Of a stretch of 39,514 nt of DNA, positions 25,870 to 35,189 are shown piece by piece. Position 1 is the first letter of the stretch, and each line of letters begins with the position of its first letter. Origin of the DNA: Clostridia bacterium (GTDB lineage: Bacteria; Bacillota; Clostridia; Oscillospirales; CAG-272); assembly GCA_017504545.1 (NCBI GenBank), contig JAFVRA010000084.1, positions 1 through 39,514 of the forward strand, in the 5' to 3' direction. Made by a program: the position numbers and the translations under genes. The notes under the pieces were generated by a model. It did not search any database. It was not told the DNA's origin and saw nothing but the letters and a program-made list of their open reading frames with translations.

Positions 25870-28026
25870 ATGAACATGAAAAAGATCTTACTTCTTCTTC
25901 TCACCCTCGCGCTTGTACTTAGCATTTTTGCTTCGTGCAATACCTCCACCGACAACGAAGGCACAGACGACAAGAACACCCCCACCGACGCTCCTACGGA
26001 TAAGCCCACAGAAAAGCCCACAGAAAAGCCTACCGAAAAGCCTACGGAGCAGCCTACCGAAAAGCCTACCGACGACGGTAAGGATGACGGAAACGAAGAC
26101 GAATACGATACTATCACCATCGCAGAGGCACTTGAGCTCTGCGGCGAGCCCGGAAATCTTACTACTGAAAGATACTACATCCGCGCTACTATCATTTCTA
26201 TTGACAACGCACAGTTCGGACAGATGACCATTGGCGACGAGACAGGTACTATCCCCGTTTACGGCACTTACAGCGCTGACGGTGAGATCAACTACTCCGC
26301 AATGGAGGACAAGCCCTACAAGGGTGACGAGGTCCTTCTCTACTGCACTCTCCAGAACTACAACGGAACTAAGGAAGTAAAGAGCGCTTGGCTCATCTCC
26401 TTCAAGCACGTTGAAATTGAGATCGACGAGTCTCAGTACACCGATATGAGCATTGCTGAAGCGCGTGAAGCAGAGGTCGGCACAAAGATAAAGCTCGACG
26501 GTGTCGTTGCGCGCATCACTTATGCAAACGGCATGGTTCCTATGGGCGTATATCTCGTTGATGATACTCAGTCTATCTACGTTTACGACGGCGATCTCGC
26601 TCAGAGAGTTAACATCGGCAACAAGGTTACCGTACTCGGCTCCAAGACCTATTGGATACTCGACTCCGAGAAGTCCAACGCGCAGAAGTTCGGCTACAAG
26701 GGCTGCTGTCAGCTTGAGGACGTGACCGTTCTTGACATCAAAACAGAAGGTAAGCCTGCTAACATCTCTTGGGTACAGGAAAGCACCGTAAAGGATATTC
26801 TCGACACCCCCGTTACCGAGAACGTAACCTCCTCTATCTTCAAGGTAAACGCTCTTGTTAAGAAGGTTCCCGGAAGCGGATTTACTAACTACTACTTCTT
26901 TGACCTTGACGGAGAGACCGGCTCTTACGCTTACTCTCAGTGCAACGGCAACGACTTTGCTTGGCTCGACGAGTTCGACGGTAAGATCTGCAAAGTCTAC
27001 CTCTCTCCCCTTAACGCTAAGTCCACCTCTTCCTCCTGCTACTTCAGATTTGTTCCCATAGCAGTTTTTGACGAGGGCTTTAAGTTCGATACCACGAAGG
27101 CTGCTCAGCACGCGGTTGAATACATCGGAGTTACTCAGTTCCTCTCTTCCTACACCGGCAATCCCGCTAAGGAGCTTGCAACAAGCGTTTCCTCCGAGCT
27201 TCTCGGATTCGAGAACGCTACCCTTTCTTACACCTCGAGCGACGAGAACGTAGTTTACTTTACCACCGAGAACGGCAAGGTGATCTTCAACTGCAAGGAT
27301 GCAGGCAAGGCTACCGTTACCGTTAAGGGCTCGTTTGGTGGTGTAGACTACTCTGAGGATATTGAGATCACAGTTCTTCCCAACGCTACCTACGAGAGCA
27401 TCACCATTGAAGAGGCTAAGAGCAAGGAAGTTGGCGAGAAGGTCATCATCAAGGGTATCGTTGGTCCCTCTCTCGTAAACAAGAGCGGCTTCTACCTCTT
27501 TGACGGAACAGGCATGATAGCTATAACTCTTGCAGACGCTTCTGCCTTTAGCGAGCTTGAGATCGGCTACGAGGTAGTTCTTGAGGGTACGAGAGACTGC
27601 TTTAAGGATGCGGATAAGACTCACGCAGGTCAGCTTGCTGTCTCCAACTGCACTATCGTTGCTAACTACTACGGCGAGCACGATTACCACACCTTTGACT
27701 TTATCACCGACAAGGATATTAAGTTCATCTACGATCTCGACGAGAACGAGCAGCACTCCGACAAGGTTTACGTAGTTAAGGCTACCGTAACCCTTGAGGA
27801 AACTAATTACTACACCAACATCTTCCTTTCGGGCAACGGCGTAAACCTCAGACTCTACTGCTCCAGCGCAAGCCAGTACTCCTTCCTCAAAGCTTTCGCA
27901 GGTCAGGAGGTAACGGTTGAGGTCGCTCCTTGTAACTGGAACGACAAGACCTACTACACAGGTTGTGTTCTCTCTGTTACTACTGCAGACGGAACTGTAG
28001 TTCTCAACGAATTGAATTTCCAGTAA
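25870..28026 (+). CDS. Lipoprotein with a (K/Q)PTE repeat linker, three OB-fold-like modules and a Big_2-like Ig domain
   Basis: The signal peptide KKILLLLLTLALVLSIFASC ends in a lipobox. Alternative ATGs lie at 25870 and 25876. A PTDKPTEKPTEKPTEKPTEQPTEKPT linker follows. Three similar modules start ITIAEALEL..., MSIAEAREAEVG... and ITIEEAKSKEVG.... The stretch TLSYTSSDENVVYF...GKATVTVKG...IEITVLP resembles bacterial Ig-like group 2. Confidence 0.8.
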   Translation: MNMKKILLLLLTLALVLSIFASCNTSTDNEGTDDKNTPTDAPTDKPTEKPTEKPTEKPTEQPTEKPTDDGKDDGNEDEYDTITIAEALELCGEPGNLTTERYYIRATIISIDNAQFGQMTIGDETGTIPVYGTYSADGEINYSAMEDKPYKGDEVLLYCTLQNYNGTKEVKSAWLISFKHVEIEIDESQYTDMSIAEAREAEVGTKIKLDGVVARITYANGMVPMGVYLVDDTQSIYVYDGDLAQRVNIGNKVTVLGSKTYWILDSEKSNAQKFGYKGCCQLEDVTVLDIKTEGKPANISWVQESTVKDILDTPVTENVTSSIFKVNALVKKVPGSGFTNYYFFDLDGETGSYAYSQCNGNDFAWLDEFDGKICKVYLSPLNAKSTSSSCYFRFVPIAVFDEGFKFDTTKAAQHAVEYIGVTQFLSSYTGNPAKELATSVSSELLGFENATLSYTSSDENVVYFTTENGKVIFNCKDAGKATVTVKGSFGGVDYSEDIEITVLPNATYESITIEEAKSKEVGEKVIIKGIVGPSLVNKSGFYLFDGTGMIAITLADASAFSELEIGYEVVLEGTRDCFKDADKTHAGQLAVSNCTIVANYYGEHDYHTFDFITDKDIKFIYDLDENEQHSDKVYVVKATVTLEETNYYTNIFLSGNGVNLRLYCSSASQYSFLKAFAGQEVTVEVAPCNWNDKTYYTGCVLSVTTADGTVVLNELNFQ
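25981..26073 (+). repeat. 12-nt period coding repeat (PT[DE][KQA])n
   Basis: aagcccacagaa / aagcctaccgaa units repeat about 6-7 times within the lipoprotein linker. Confidence 0.8.
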
Positions 28027-28034
28027 GATAATAT

Positions 28035-28070
28035 AAAAAAGGCTGACTCGCCTGAGTCAGCCTTTTGTTT
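28035..28070. terminator. Bidirectional rho-independent terminator
   Basis: 10-bp perfect stem aggctgactc/gagtcagcct (28040-28049 / 28055-28064) with an A-run on the left and a T-run on the right. It sits between convergent genes. Confidence 0.85.
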
Positions 28071-28856
28071 TTACTTGATCTCTGCTATCCATTCGGGCTT
28101 TATATGTCCCGTGGTCTCGATAATCTCAGCGTCAAGCTCGCGTACTGCTACCTCAAGCTCCTCGCGCTTTGAAAGTATCCACACGCCAAGCTCACCGTAC
28201 TGGCGGACGAATTTGCAAACCTCGGGAGTTGCTTTAGTTCCCTTGAACCACGAGGTCATCTCGCAATCGTAGCACACCCAGACGTAAAGGTGATGCCCCT
28301 CTGCTATCTTCTTTACCTCGTCAAGACGCTCTGCCGAGAGATCGCCACCATCGTAATGAATGTCGGCGTAAGGAAAGCGTGCAGCCGCCGCTGCCATGGT
28401 ATCAAGACGCGCGCAGGTAAATCCAACGTGAATGCTCTCACCGTAGCTTGCAACTATATCAAAGAGCTTGTCTCTCATCTCCTCGGGGAATGTCTCCCAC
28501 ACGTTATCTATTTTTACGGGTATTCCACTCTCACGCGCATAGTCGAGAAGATCGGTAATGAGCGGTATCTGCTCGCCTCTGAAATCCTCCGAGAACCAAA
28601 GTCCGTAATCATAGGATCTCGCCTCTGCAAGCGTTACTTTTCTTATATCGGTTCCCTTCTCTACGCGACTGCCGTCAGCCTTTCTCGCGGTACGGTCAAG
28701 CGTGTGATCGTGAAGTATCACTATCTCACCGTCAGCCGTGTATTTTGGATCGAATTCTATATAATCGTAGCCCTCTGCAACCGATGCCCTGAAAGCCGCC
28801 ATGGTGTTCTCAGGATAGTCCGAGCTGACGCCTCTGTGTGCCTGTAATTTTGCCAT
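28071..28856 (-). CDS. Glycerophosphodiester phosphodiesterase family protein
   Basis: 261 aa with GDPD motifs AHRGVSSDYPENT, IEFD and ILHDHTLDRT. An AAGGAGGG RBS is present. Confidence 0.88.
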   Translation of the reverse strand: MAKLQAHRGVSSDYPENTMAAFRASVAEGYDYIEFDPKYTADGEIVILHDHTLDRTARKADGSRVEKGTDIRKVTLAEARSYDYGLWFSEDFRGEQIPLITDLLDYARESGIPVKIDNVWETFPEEMRDKLFDIVASYGESIHVGFTCARLDTMAAAAARFPYADIHYDGGDLSAERLDEVKKIAEGHHLYVWVCYDCEMTSWFKGTKATPEVCKFVRQYGELGVWILSKREELEVAVRELDAEIIETTGHIKPEWIAEIK

Positions 28857-29029
28857 AATAACCCTCCTTGGCTTTTTTAAAATTATAGCACTAACGCCCT
28901 CTTATGTCAAGCGGCAAAAAAACAAATTTCATTTTTTATTATAGTTATTGACTTTTTGCTTGCTTTGTGATAGGATATTAAAGCAAGAAAAAAATAAAGA
29001 CGCAGCCAAATAAAATTACGGAGATAAAA

Positions 29030-29719
29030 ATGATAGCTAATTGGATAAACGAAGCCTTTTTCGGATTTGACTACGCCATATTACAATTCTGCCATAATCT
29101 CGCAGAGTCGGCAGGCGGAATTTTAGGACCGATAATGGAGCTTCTCGCCTTTATCGGCGACAACGGATATTTCAGCTTTGCGCTCGCGCTTATACTTCTT
29201 CTCTTTCCCAAAACGCGAAAGTGCGGAGTATGTATGACACTCGCAGTCGGAGTTGGCGCTCTCTTTACCAACGTGGCAATAAAGAATATCGTTGCCCGTC
29301 CGCGTCCTTACGCTTCGGGCGTTGAAGCCTTCAACGAATGGTGGCAATTCGCAGGCGCGCATCTTGAGAGTGAATTTTCTTTCCCCTCGGGACATACCAC
29401 CGCGGCGGTGGCGTCTATGCTCGCCGTATACTTATGCTTCTTCAAAAAGCACAAGTGGATAGTTGCCCCCACGGCGTTTTACGCTGTTCTGATGGGCTTT
29501 TCAAGAAACTACCTCGTCGTTCACTACCCCTCTGACGTCCTCGCGGCGTTCATCGTAGGCTCTGTATCGGCGGTGATTGCATTCTTCCTTACGAAGCTTA
29601 TCTGGAGTGCTCTGCAGAAGCACTCGGACAATAAGCTTTTCGGCTTTGCCCTGAACTTTGATATCCGTTCTCTTTTCAAACAAAGCAAGAGTGAAAGCGC
29701 TAATGACGCGCAAGACTGA
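29030..29719 (+). CDS. PAP2 family phosphatase (undecaprenyl-diphosphatase/lipid phosphatase-like), membrane protein
   Basis: Carries the acid phosphatase tripartite motif KNIVARPRP / PSGH / SRNYLVVHYPSD and has multiple TM helices. Confidence 0.88.
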   Translation: MIANWINEAFFGFDYAILQFCHNLAESAGGILGPIMELLAFIGDNGYFSFALALILLLFPKTRKCGVCMTLAVGVGALFTNVAIKNIVARPRPYASGVEAFNEWWQFAGAHLESEFSFPSGHTTAAVASMLAVYLCFFKKHKWIVAPTAFYAVLMGFSRNYLVVHYPSDVLAAFIVGSVSAVIAFFLTKLIWSALQKHSDNKLFGFALNFDIRSLFKQSKSESANDAQD

Positions 29720-29735
29720 CAAAGGAGATCTTAAT

Positions 29736-31043
29736 TTGACGAAATTTGAAAAATTGGCGCTCATGACCCCTACCGTAAACTCTGACAGCCGAGCCGACAA
29801 TATCCTGCGAATCGCGCTTGATATCGGCGAGGGATTGCTCAAGAGCGGCGCGGAGGTAAGGCGCGTTGAGATCACTATTGAAAAAATATGCAAGGCTTAC
29901 GGCGCGGCTCATGCCGAGGTATTCTCTATAAACTGCCTGATCGTTGCCGCTATCCGTATGAACGACGGAAGCTATTCCTCGCAGAATCGCCGCATAACCA
30001 ACATTTCAAACCATTTGCTCTGCCTTGAGCGTTACAACGCCCTCTCGCGCCGTATATGCGTGGAGACTCCCGACTTTGACGTGGTCGACGCCGAGATAAG
30101 AGAGATAAAGAAGAAGCGCAAGTTCCCCTTCTGGCTGACTCTTATCGGTCACGTCTTTGCGGCAGGCGGATTTGCGGTATTCTTCGGCGGATCGCTTCGC
30201 GACTTTCTTGCGGCGGCGATCATAGGTCTGATAGTCGCTTGTCTTGACCGCGTACACAACGAATACTTCAACGATATAACCAAAACTCTGTTTTTGTCAT
30301 TTATCGGCGGAGTGCTTTCCTGCGGACTTGTGATCATAGGCGTCGGTGAGAGTATGGATATGGTCGCTATTGGAACGATAATGCTTCTCATCCCCGGACT
30401 TTCTCTCGGAAACGCGATGCGAGATCTGCTCGGCGGTGATACGCTCTCGGGAACGCTTAAGGTCGTTCAGGCGTGTATTACGGCAGTTATAATCGCTATC
30501 GGCTACGCGATCGCGATCCTTATGCTCGGAAAATATTGTCCTCCCTCTCCCACAGGTCTTCCCTTTGGTGAGATAGGAAGAATTGTTGCAGGACTTATAA
30601 GCTCTATTGCAGGTACGGTCGGCTTTGCCCTTATCTTTAAGCTTGCGCCCTCGCGCCTTCCCATAGCCGCTATCGGCGGTCTGTTTACCTATATTGCTTA
30701 CGAGCTTTCGGTATATCTTGGAGCAAACGTGCTTCTCGCTTCCTTTATCGCGGCTCTCTTTATGGCGATATTCTCAGAGGTCAGCGCCCGCGTTTTCCGC
30801 GCTCCCACGGTACTTTTTCTCTTCCCCTGCGCTATTCCGATAGTTCCCGGAAGCGCGCTCTACTACTCTATGTTCCACCTGCTCTCAATGAATTTCGAGG
30901 GCTCGCTCAATTCTCTTAAGACCACGGGACAGACCGTGCTCGGAATCGCGCTCGGACTCAGCCTTGCGTCTATCGCCGTCGGTATGACACTACACGCCAT
31001 TGAAGCGATCAAGAGAAAAAAGCAAAAAAAGAATAACTCATAA
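29736..31043 (+). CDS. Threonine/serine exporter family protein (ThrE-like, DUF1212 plus DUF3815 halves)
   Basis: The N-terminal block ADNILRIALDIGEGLLKSGAEVRRVE is typical of ThrE-family proteins and is followed by ~10 TM helices. I place the start at TTG 29736 because AAAGGAGA lies 7 nt upstream. In-frame ATGs at 29703 and 29763 have weaker RBS support. Confidence 0.8.
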   Translation: MTKFEKLALMTPTVNSDSRADNILRIALDIGEGLLKSGAEVRRVEITIEKICKAYGAAHAEVFSINCLIVAAIRMNDGSYSSQNRRITNISNHLLCLERYNALSRRICVETPDFDVVDAEIREIKKKRKFPFWLTLIGHVFAAGGFAVFFGGSLRDFLAAAIIGLIVACLDRVHNEYFNDITKTLFLSFIGGVLSCGLVIIGVGESMDMVAIGTIMLLIPGLSLGNAMRDLLGGDTLSGTLKVVQACITAVIIAIGYAIAILMLGKYCPPSPTGLPFGEIGRIVAGLISSIAGTVGFALIFKLAPSRLPIAAIGGLFTYIAYELSVYLGANVLLASFIAALFMAIFSEVSARVFRAPTVLFLFPCAIPIVPGSALYYSMFHLLSMNFEGSLNSLKTTGQTVLGIALGLSLASIAVGMTLHAIEAIKRKKQKKNNS

Positions 31044-31047
31044 AAAT

Positions 31048-31085
31048 AATGCGCTTGTAACAGTCCCGCTACAAGCGCATTTTGA
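31048..31085. terminator. Bidirectional terminator
   Basis: 12-bp stem aatgcgcttgta/tacaagcgcatt (31048-31059 / 31070-31081) with an A-run on the left and a T-run on the right. It sits between convergent genes. Confidence 0.75.
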
Positions 31086-31091
31086 TCTTTA

Positions 31092-31628
31092 TTATTCCAG
31101 TGCTCCGACCGTGCGAGAATTGCATCTGTAGGTTCCATCAAGTACACCCATCAGCTGCTCGTCATTCTCAAGGTCTGTAGTAGCGGCAAACTCGTCAAGG
31201 AGCATTCTCTTTGCTCTCTTGAGCGTGTTCTCGTCTCCCGCGGTTATCTTCCTGCCGATCTCGGATGAGCGCGCGATCCTGTCAAGTATGGTGTTTACGA
31301 GGACTATAAGCTCGCGTCTGTTGCCACCCGCGAGTATCTCGCGAAGCGCTGCGTTTCTCGCACGGCTGTCATCTATCCACTCAATAATCTCTCCGCGAAG
31401 CTCATCGGCAAGCGCACATATCTCATCTGCAGAAAGCAACGGCTGCATTTTAGAGGTCAAAACTTCATTGTTTACAGGCACGTACAATACCGAATTTATG
31501 TCCTTCAGCGGCGCGAGTATGTAGTACTCCTCGCTTTTACCCAAAGCATTGAATACCTCAGTGCGAATATCCGAAATCACACAAACCCCTTCTGAGCGAT
31601 AGCTGACGTAATCTCCAATTGCGAACAT
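31092..31628 (-). CDS. carD: CarD family transcriptional regulator
   Basis: The ATG at 31628 follows a perfect AGGAGG RBS. The N-terminal Tudor-like CarD/CdnL/TRCF domain reads FAIGDYVSYRSEGVCVISDIR...EYYILAP. The C-terminus is helical. Confidence 0.8.
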   Translation of the reverse strand: MFAIGDYVSYRSEGVCVISDIRTEVFNALGKSEEYYILAPLKDINSVLYVPVNNEVLTSKMQPLLSADEICALADELRGEIIEWIDDSRARNAALREILAGGNRRELIVLVNTILDRIARSSEIGRKITAGDENTLKRAKRMLLDEFAATTDLENDEQLMGVLDGTYRCNSRTVGALE

Positions 31629-31757
31629 ATTTCCTCCTTTTTGCAAAAATCCATATGACTTATCTGCTATATATATATTTTACCATATTTTTTGACTTTT
31701 TTCCAAAGGCAAACCAAACAAAATTTCGTTTTTAAATTTGTTGAATTTAACCAAAAA

Positions 31758-34025
31758 TTAAAGTCTGATGGCGTGATACTCTATTCCCACCGCATCACAT
31801 ATCTGAGCCTCGCGCTTATGCGAGCTGAACAGAAGCGTTTGTATACCCTCTCCACCAAGTCCACCGAGAAGCTTCAGCATACGCTCTGCGCGCTTCTCGT
31901 CAAGCTGACAGAGCGACTCATCAAGCACGAGAGGTGGAAGCTCACTACCGAAGATCCTCATAAAGAGTGAGAGTCTGAGGGCAAGATACGCAGCATCCTT
32001 GGTACCCGCGCTGAGCGAGTCTGCCTTGATGCCGTATCCGTCTCTGTCAAGTGAAAATCCAAGAGTGCTGTTAGTTCTCATTACCGAGTAGCGTCCGTCG
32101 GAAAGCTTATCAAGTATCTCACCCGCCTTCTGAGATATCACGGGCGTAACGCTTCCGCGAAGAGTGCTTGACGCCTGCTCTATAGACTCCATTGCAAGAG
32201 TGAGGGCATCGTAAAACTCTCTGTCGGTCTTATGCTTGCTCTCAAGCTCCGCAAGTGTATCACCAAGCGGCAAGGGATCCTCGGCGGTTGCGCTGAGCAT
32301 TATCCTCTCTCCGTCGAGCGCTGAGATCCTGTCGGCGAGCTTACGCGCCTTCTCGCCAAGAAAGCTCCTCTCGCGCTCGGCGTCCGTTATCACCTTCGGG
32401 GTTATCTCCGAAGGATCGACGCTGATGCTATCACGAAGCTCTGCCTCGTCATAATGGCTGAGCGCCTCTCTCTCGGTGCTTATCATTCGCAAGAGCGCCT
32501 CAGCGTCACGCGAGAGGCTCTCGCGCTCGGATATGTAGCTCTCTATGCGCTTATACTCAAGCGCGGCGGCTTCGATCGTTGCATCCGCGCACTCGGTCGT
32601 TTTATTGAGTATGTCAAGAAGCGCCTTCTTCTTCTCGCCAAACGAGCGCTCGGATTCAAGCATCTCAGCCTCAAGGCGAGCCTGAGAGGTCATTACCTGT
32701 CTGTAGGCGATAAGCTCCGCGGCACATCTGTCAAGCTTATCGGAAAGATCTGTGGGGGTTGCCGAATACTCCAGAGCAATGCGCTCTATCTCTCTGCCGC
32801 ATTTTCCCGCGCTCTTGAAGGATAGCACGGCAAATACCACGGCGATCGGCAAAGCCGCTATTGCGGCGGTACCGATAAAGAACGTAAGCAGAGCTGATAC
32901 ACCGCCCGCAACCGCGGCGATGATACCAGCCACGAGCAGTACGATCGCCCGCGAGCGAGCCGACCTTGCCTTTGCTCTCTGTCTGTCTATCTCAAAGAGC
33001 ACTGCCGCCTTGCCGCCCGCCGCCTCAAGCTTCTCGCCAAGCGCGACAATCTCCGAGTCGCAGTTGTTCTTGCTCTCGCGGTCGTACTCCTCGCGCTTCG
33101 CGTTATAGCTCTTTTCCGCCTCAGAAAAAGCGCGAGCTGCTATCTTAAGCTCAGCCGTATGGCTCCTGTCGGGCAGAAAGTCGCCCTTCTTAATCTCGGT
33201 ATCCTTCTGCTCTATTCGCTTCTCTACATCGCACTTGAGCTTTTCGTTTTCACGAAGAGCGTCAAAGCGCTTAACGGTATTGACCTTATTGAGCTCGCGA
33301 AGCAAGGCGTCCTTTTTCTCAAAGTCAGCCTTGGCGATCATATACGAATCCTTTGCCGACTTGAGCTTTCGCTCGGTCTCGGCAAGGTTCTGCGAGGATT
33401 CGTGCGCGCGCTCGATGCGCTGACGGAGCGCGTTCATCTTCTGCTCATCCTCATAAAGACTGCCGCCCGTCTTATTCTTGTGTCTGTAGCCCACACGGAC
33501 AGAATCAAGCGACTTGAGTATCCTCGTGGTATCAACGGATTCGTCCGCGGCGCTGAGCATATTCTCAATGCCGTAGGCGAGCTTGTCGCCGTTTATCTCT
33601 GACGAGCGCATCTGTCCTACGCACGCGGTGCTCTCAAACACCTCTCTGGGCACTCCGAGGAAGTATTCACCCGGAGACTTCTCGGTATCGATCTCGCCTC
33701 CGTCATCAAGGCAGATCACGCTAAGCTTTTCGCTTCCGCTTCTGCCCGATTCGTTAAAGCTTCGCTCGATGCGGTAGGTCTTATCCCCGTGAGAGAAGGT
33801 CATACTACCTGCCGCACGGTGTCCGCTCCAGCTTACCGATCTCTCACGCTCGCTGTTGGTAGCAGAGCGGCGAGTCAGTCCGTAGAGCATAAATTTTATA
33901 AAGAGCAGGAGAGTGCTTTTTCCCGACTCATTCTCACCGTAGATGATATTGAGCGCACCCTCGGGCTCTATTTTTCTATCCTTCATACATCCGAATTCGG
34001 AGACGTTAAGTTGAATTATCTTCAT
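31758..34025 (-). CDS. Rad50/SbcC-like AAA ATPase of the YhaN (SbcE) type with a central TM hairpin
   Basis: Carries Walker A GENESGKST, long coiled-coil arms, the signature motif LSAGTKDAAYLALRL and Walker B PPLVLDESL. A hydrophobic hairpin AIVLLVAGIIAAVAGGVSALLTFFIGTAAIAALPIAVVFAVLSF sits mid-protein (nt 32817-32948). No CxxC hook is present. Confidence 0.8.
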   Translation of the reverse strand: MKIIQLNVSEFGCMKDRKIEPEGALNIIYGENESGKSTLLLFIKFMLYGLTRRSATNSERERSVSWSGHRAAGSMTFSHGDKTYRIERSFNESGRSGSEKLSVICLDDGGEIDTEKSPGEYFLGVPREVFESTACVGQMRSSEINGDKLAYGIENMLSAADESVDTTRILKSLDSVRVGYRHKNKTGGSLYEDEQKMNALRQRIERAHESSQNLAETERKLKSAKDSYMIAKADFEKKDALLRELNKVNTVKRFDALRENEKLKCDVEKRIEQKDTEIKKGDFLPDRSHTAELKIAARAFSEAEKSYNAKREEYDRESKNNCDSEIVALGEKLEAAGGKAAVLFEIDRQRAKARSARSRAIVLLVAGIIAAVAGGVSALLTFFIGTAAIAALPIAVVFAVLSFKSAGKCGREIERIALEYSATPTDLSDKLDRCAAELIAYRQVMTSQARLEAEMLESERSFGEKKKALLDILNKTTECADATIEAAALEYKRIESYISERESLSRDAEALLRMISTEREALSHYDEAELRDSISVDPSEITPKVITDAERERSFLGEKARKLADRISALDGERIMLSATAEDPLPLGDTLAELESKHKTDREFYDALTLAMESIEQASSTLRGSVTPVISQKAGEILDKLSDGRYSVMRTNSTLGFSLDRDGYGIKADSLSAGTKDAAYLALRLSLFMRIFGSELPPLVLDESLCQLDEKRAERMLKLLGGLGGEGIQTLLFSSHKREAQICDAVGIEYHAIRL

Positions 34026-34035
34026 ATTCCTCTCC

Positions 34036-35169
34036 TTACTCGGACACGCCGAAAATACTCTTGCCGTCTATAGCCGCAAGACCGATGCGGAGCGCCTTGG
34101 TTGCAAGTCTGCGCTCGTTTCCGTCCTCTGAGCGAAGCTTTGGCAAAAGAGTTCTGTAAAGCTCGCCTCTGAGAGTCGCGTCGCGCTCAAGGTACTCGCC
34201 GTCAAGAAGTGGCATTGTATCGTCAACTATCTCAAGGTATTCAACGCCGCTCTCTGCCACTATCTTGGAAATCGAAAGAATAGCGTGATTTACCGTCTGC
34301 TCCTCTGCTCTGCCGCAAAGGCTTATGCGAACGTGAGCACCACGAGATGCAGAGCAGGACGACGCGGTGGCAATAAGTGCCTCAACGAGCGCGGAATTCG
34401 TCTCAATATTGCTGACGTCAAGCTCGCGAATATAGAAGGCTCTCTCGGAGAGCACTCTGCGGCTTACCTCGCATCTGCCGCCGTCAAGATCTACTATCCA
34501 GACGCCGCCCGTGCCAAGCTCGTCAAAGCTTCTGCCCTCGGCAAAGCCGCAGTAGCGCACTCTTCCGTCGCTGTCCTCGCGCTCGTCGCGATTGTGGATA
34601 TGTCCGAGCGCCGCGTAATCAAAGCCGAAGCGCTCAATTTCAGCGAGCGTCAGCGGCGCGTAGCGCGATACGAGCGAGGCGAGATCGGCGTGCGCGCAAA
34701 GAAGCTTGATATAGCCGTTGTCCACGGGCACGGTCGCGTCCGAGAGCGGACTGTTCATCAGCGCCATAGAGGTAAAGGCGTAGCCATAGACTCGCACGCG
34801 AAGATCGTCAAAATCAAACGCCTGAAGCTCGGGCGAGCTGAACACCGTAAGCTTGTCTCCAAGGCGCGCGCGTATCTTTGAATAAAAGCAATTTTCGGTA
34901 TAATAATCGTGATTTCCGGGAGACAGTACCACGGGAATACCGCAATTTTCAGCGAGAGTGCAGAAAAGCTCGGCGCTCTCGGGGGTTACGAAGCGGCTGT
35001 CAAAAAGGTCGCCTGCGATCAGTATCATCTCGCACTTTTCGTCTTTCGCGCAGTCAAATATGCGGCGCAAAAGCTCTCTGCCCGCTTCTCTCTGCTTGTC
35101 GGCGTCCTTCTGACCGTAGGCGCAGAAGGGGCTGTCGAGATGAAGATCGCCCGTATGAAGTATCCTCAT
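34036..35169 (-). CDS. Metallophosphoesterase, SbcD/Mre11-like DNA repair exonuclease (YhaO/SbcF type)
   Basis: The ATG at 35169 follows an AAAGGAGA RBS. Calcineurin-like motifs are present: ILHTGDLHLD, IAGDLFD, GNHD and GHIH. It lies immediately upstream of the ATPase gene. Confidence 0.85.
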   Translation of the reverse strand: MRILHTGDLHLDSPFCAYGQKDADKQREAGRELLRRIFDCAKDEKCEMILIAGDLFDSRFVTPESAELFCTLAENCGIPVVLSPGNHDYYTENCFYSKIRARLGDKLTVFSSPELQAFDFDDLRVRVYGYAFTSMALMNSPLSDATVPVDNGYIKLLCAHADLASLVSRYAPLTLAEIERFGFDYAALGHIHNRDEREDSDGRVRYCGFAEGRSFDELGTGGVWIVDLDGGRCEVSRRVLSERAFYIRELDVSNIETNSALVEALIATASSCSASRGAHVRISLCGRAEEQTVNHAILSISKIVAESGVEYLEIVDDTMPLLDGEYLERDATLRGELYRTLLPKLRSEDGNERRLATKALRIGLAAIDGKSIFGVSE

Positions 35170-35189
35170 TTGGTATCTCCTTTCGTCTT

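Noticed and set aside
31758-35169. ATPase plus nuclease pair considered as a candidate novel anti-phage defence system.
   Set aside because: The architecture matches the widely conserved Firmicutes YhaO/YhaN (SbcEF) DNA-repair pair. Composition is host-like, and the pair is embedded among core genes (carD, pflA). I kept it only as a low-interest note on the TM hairpin.
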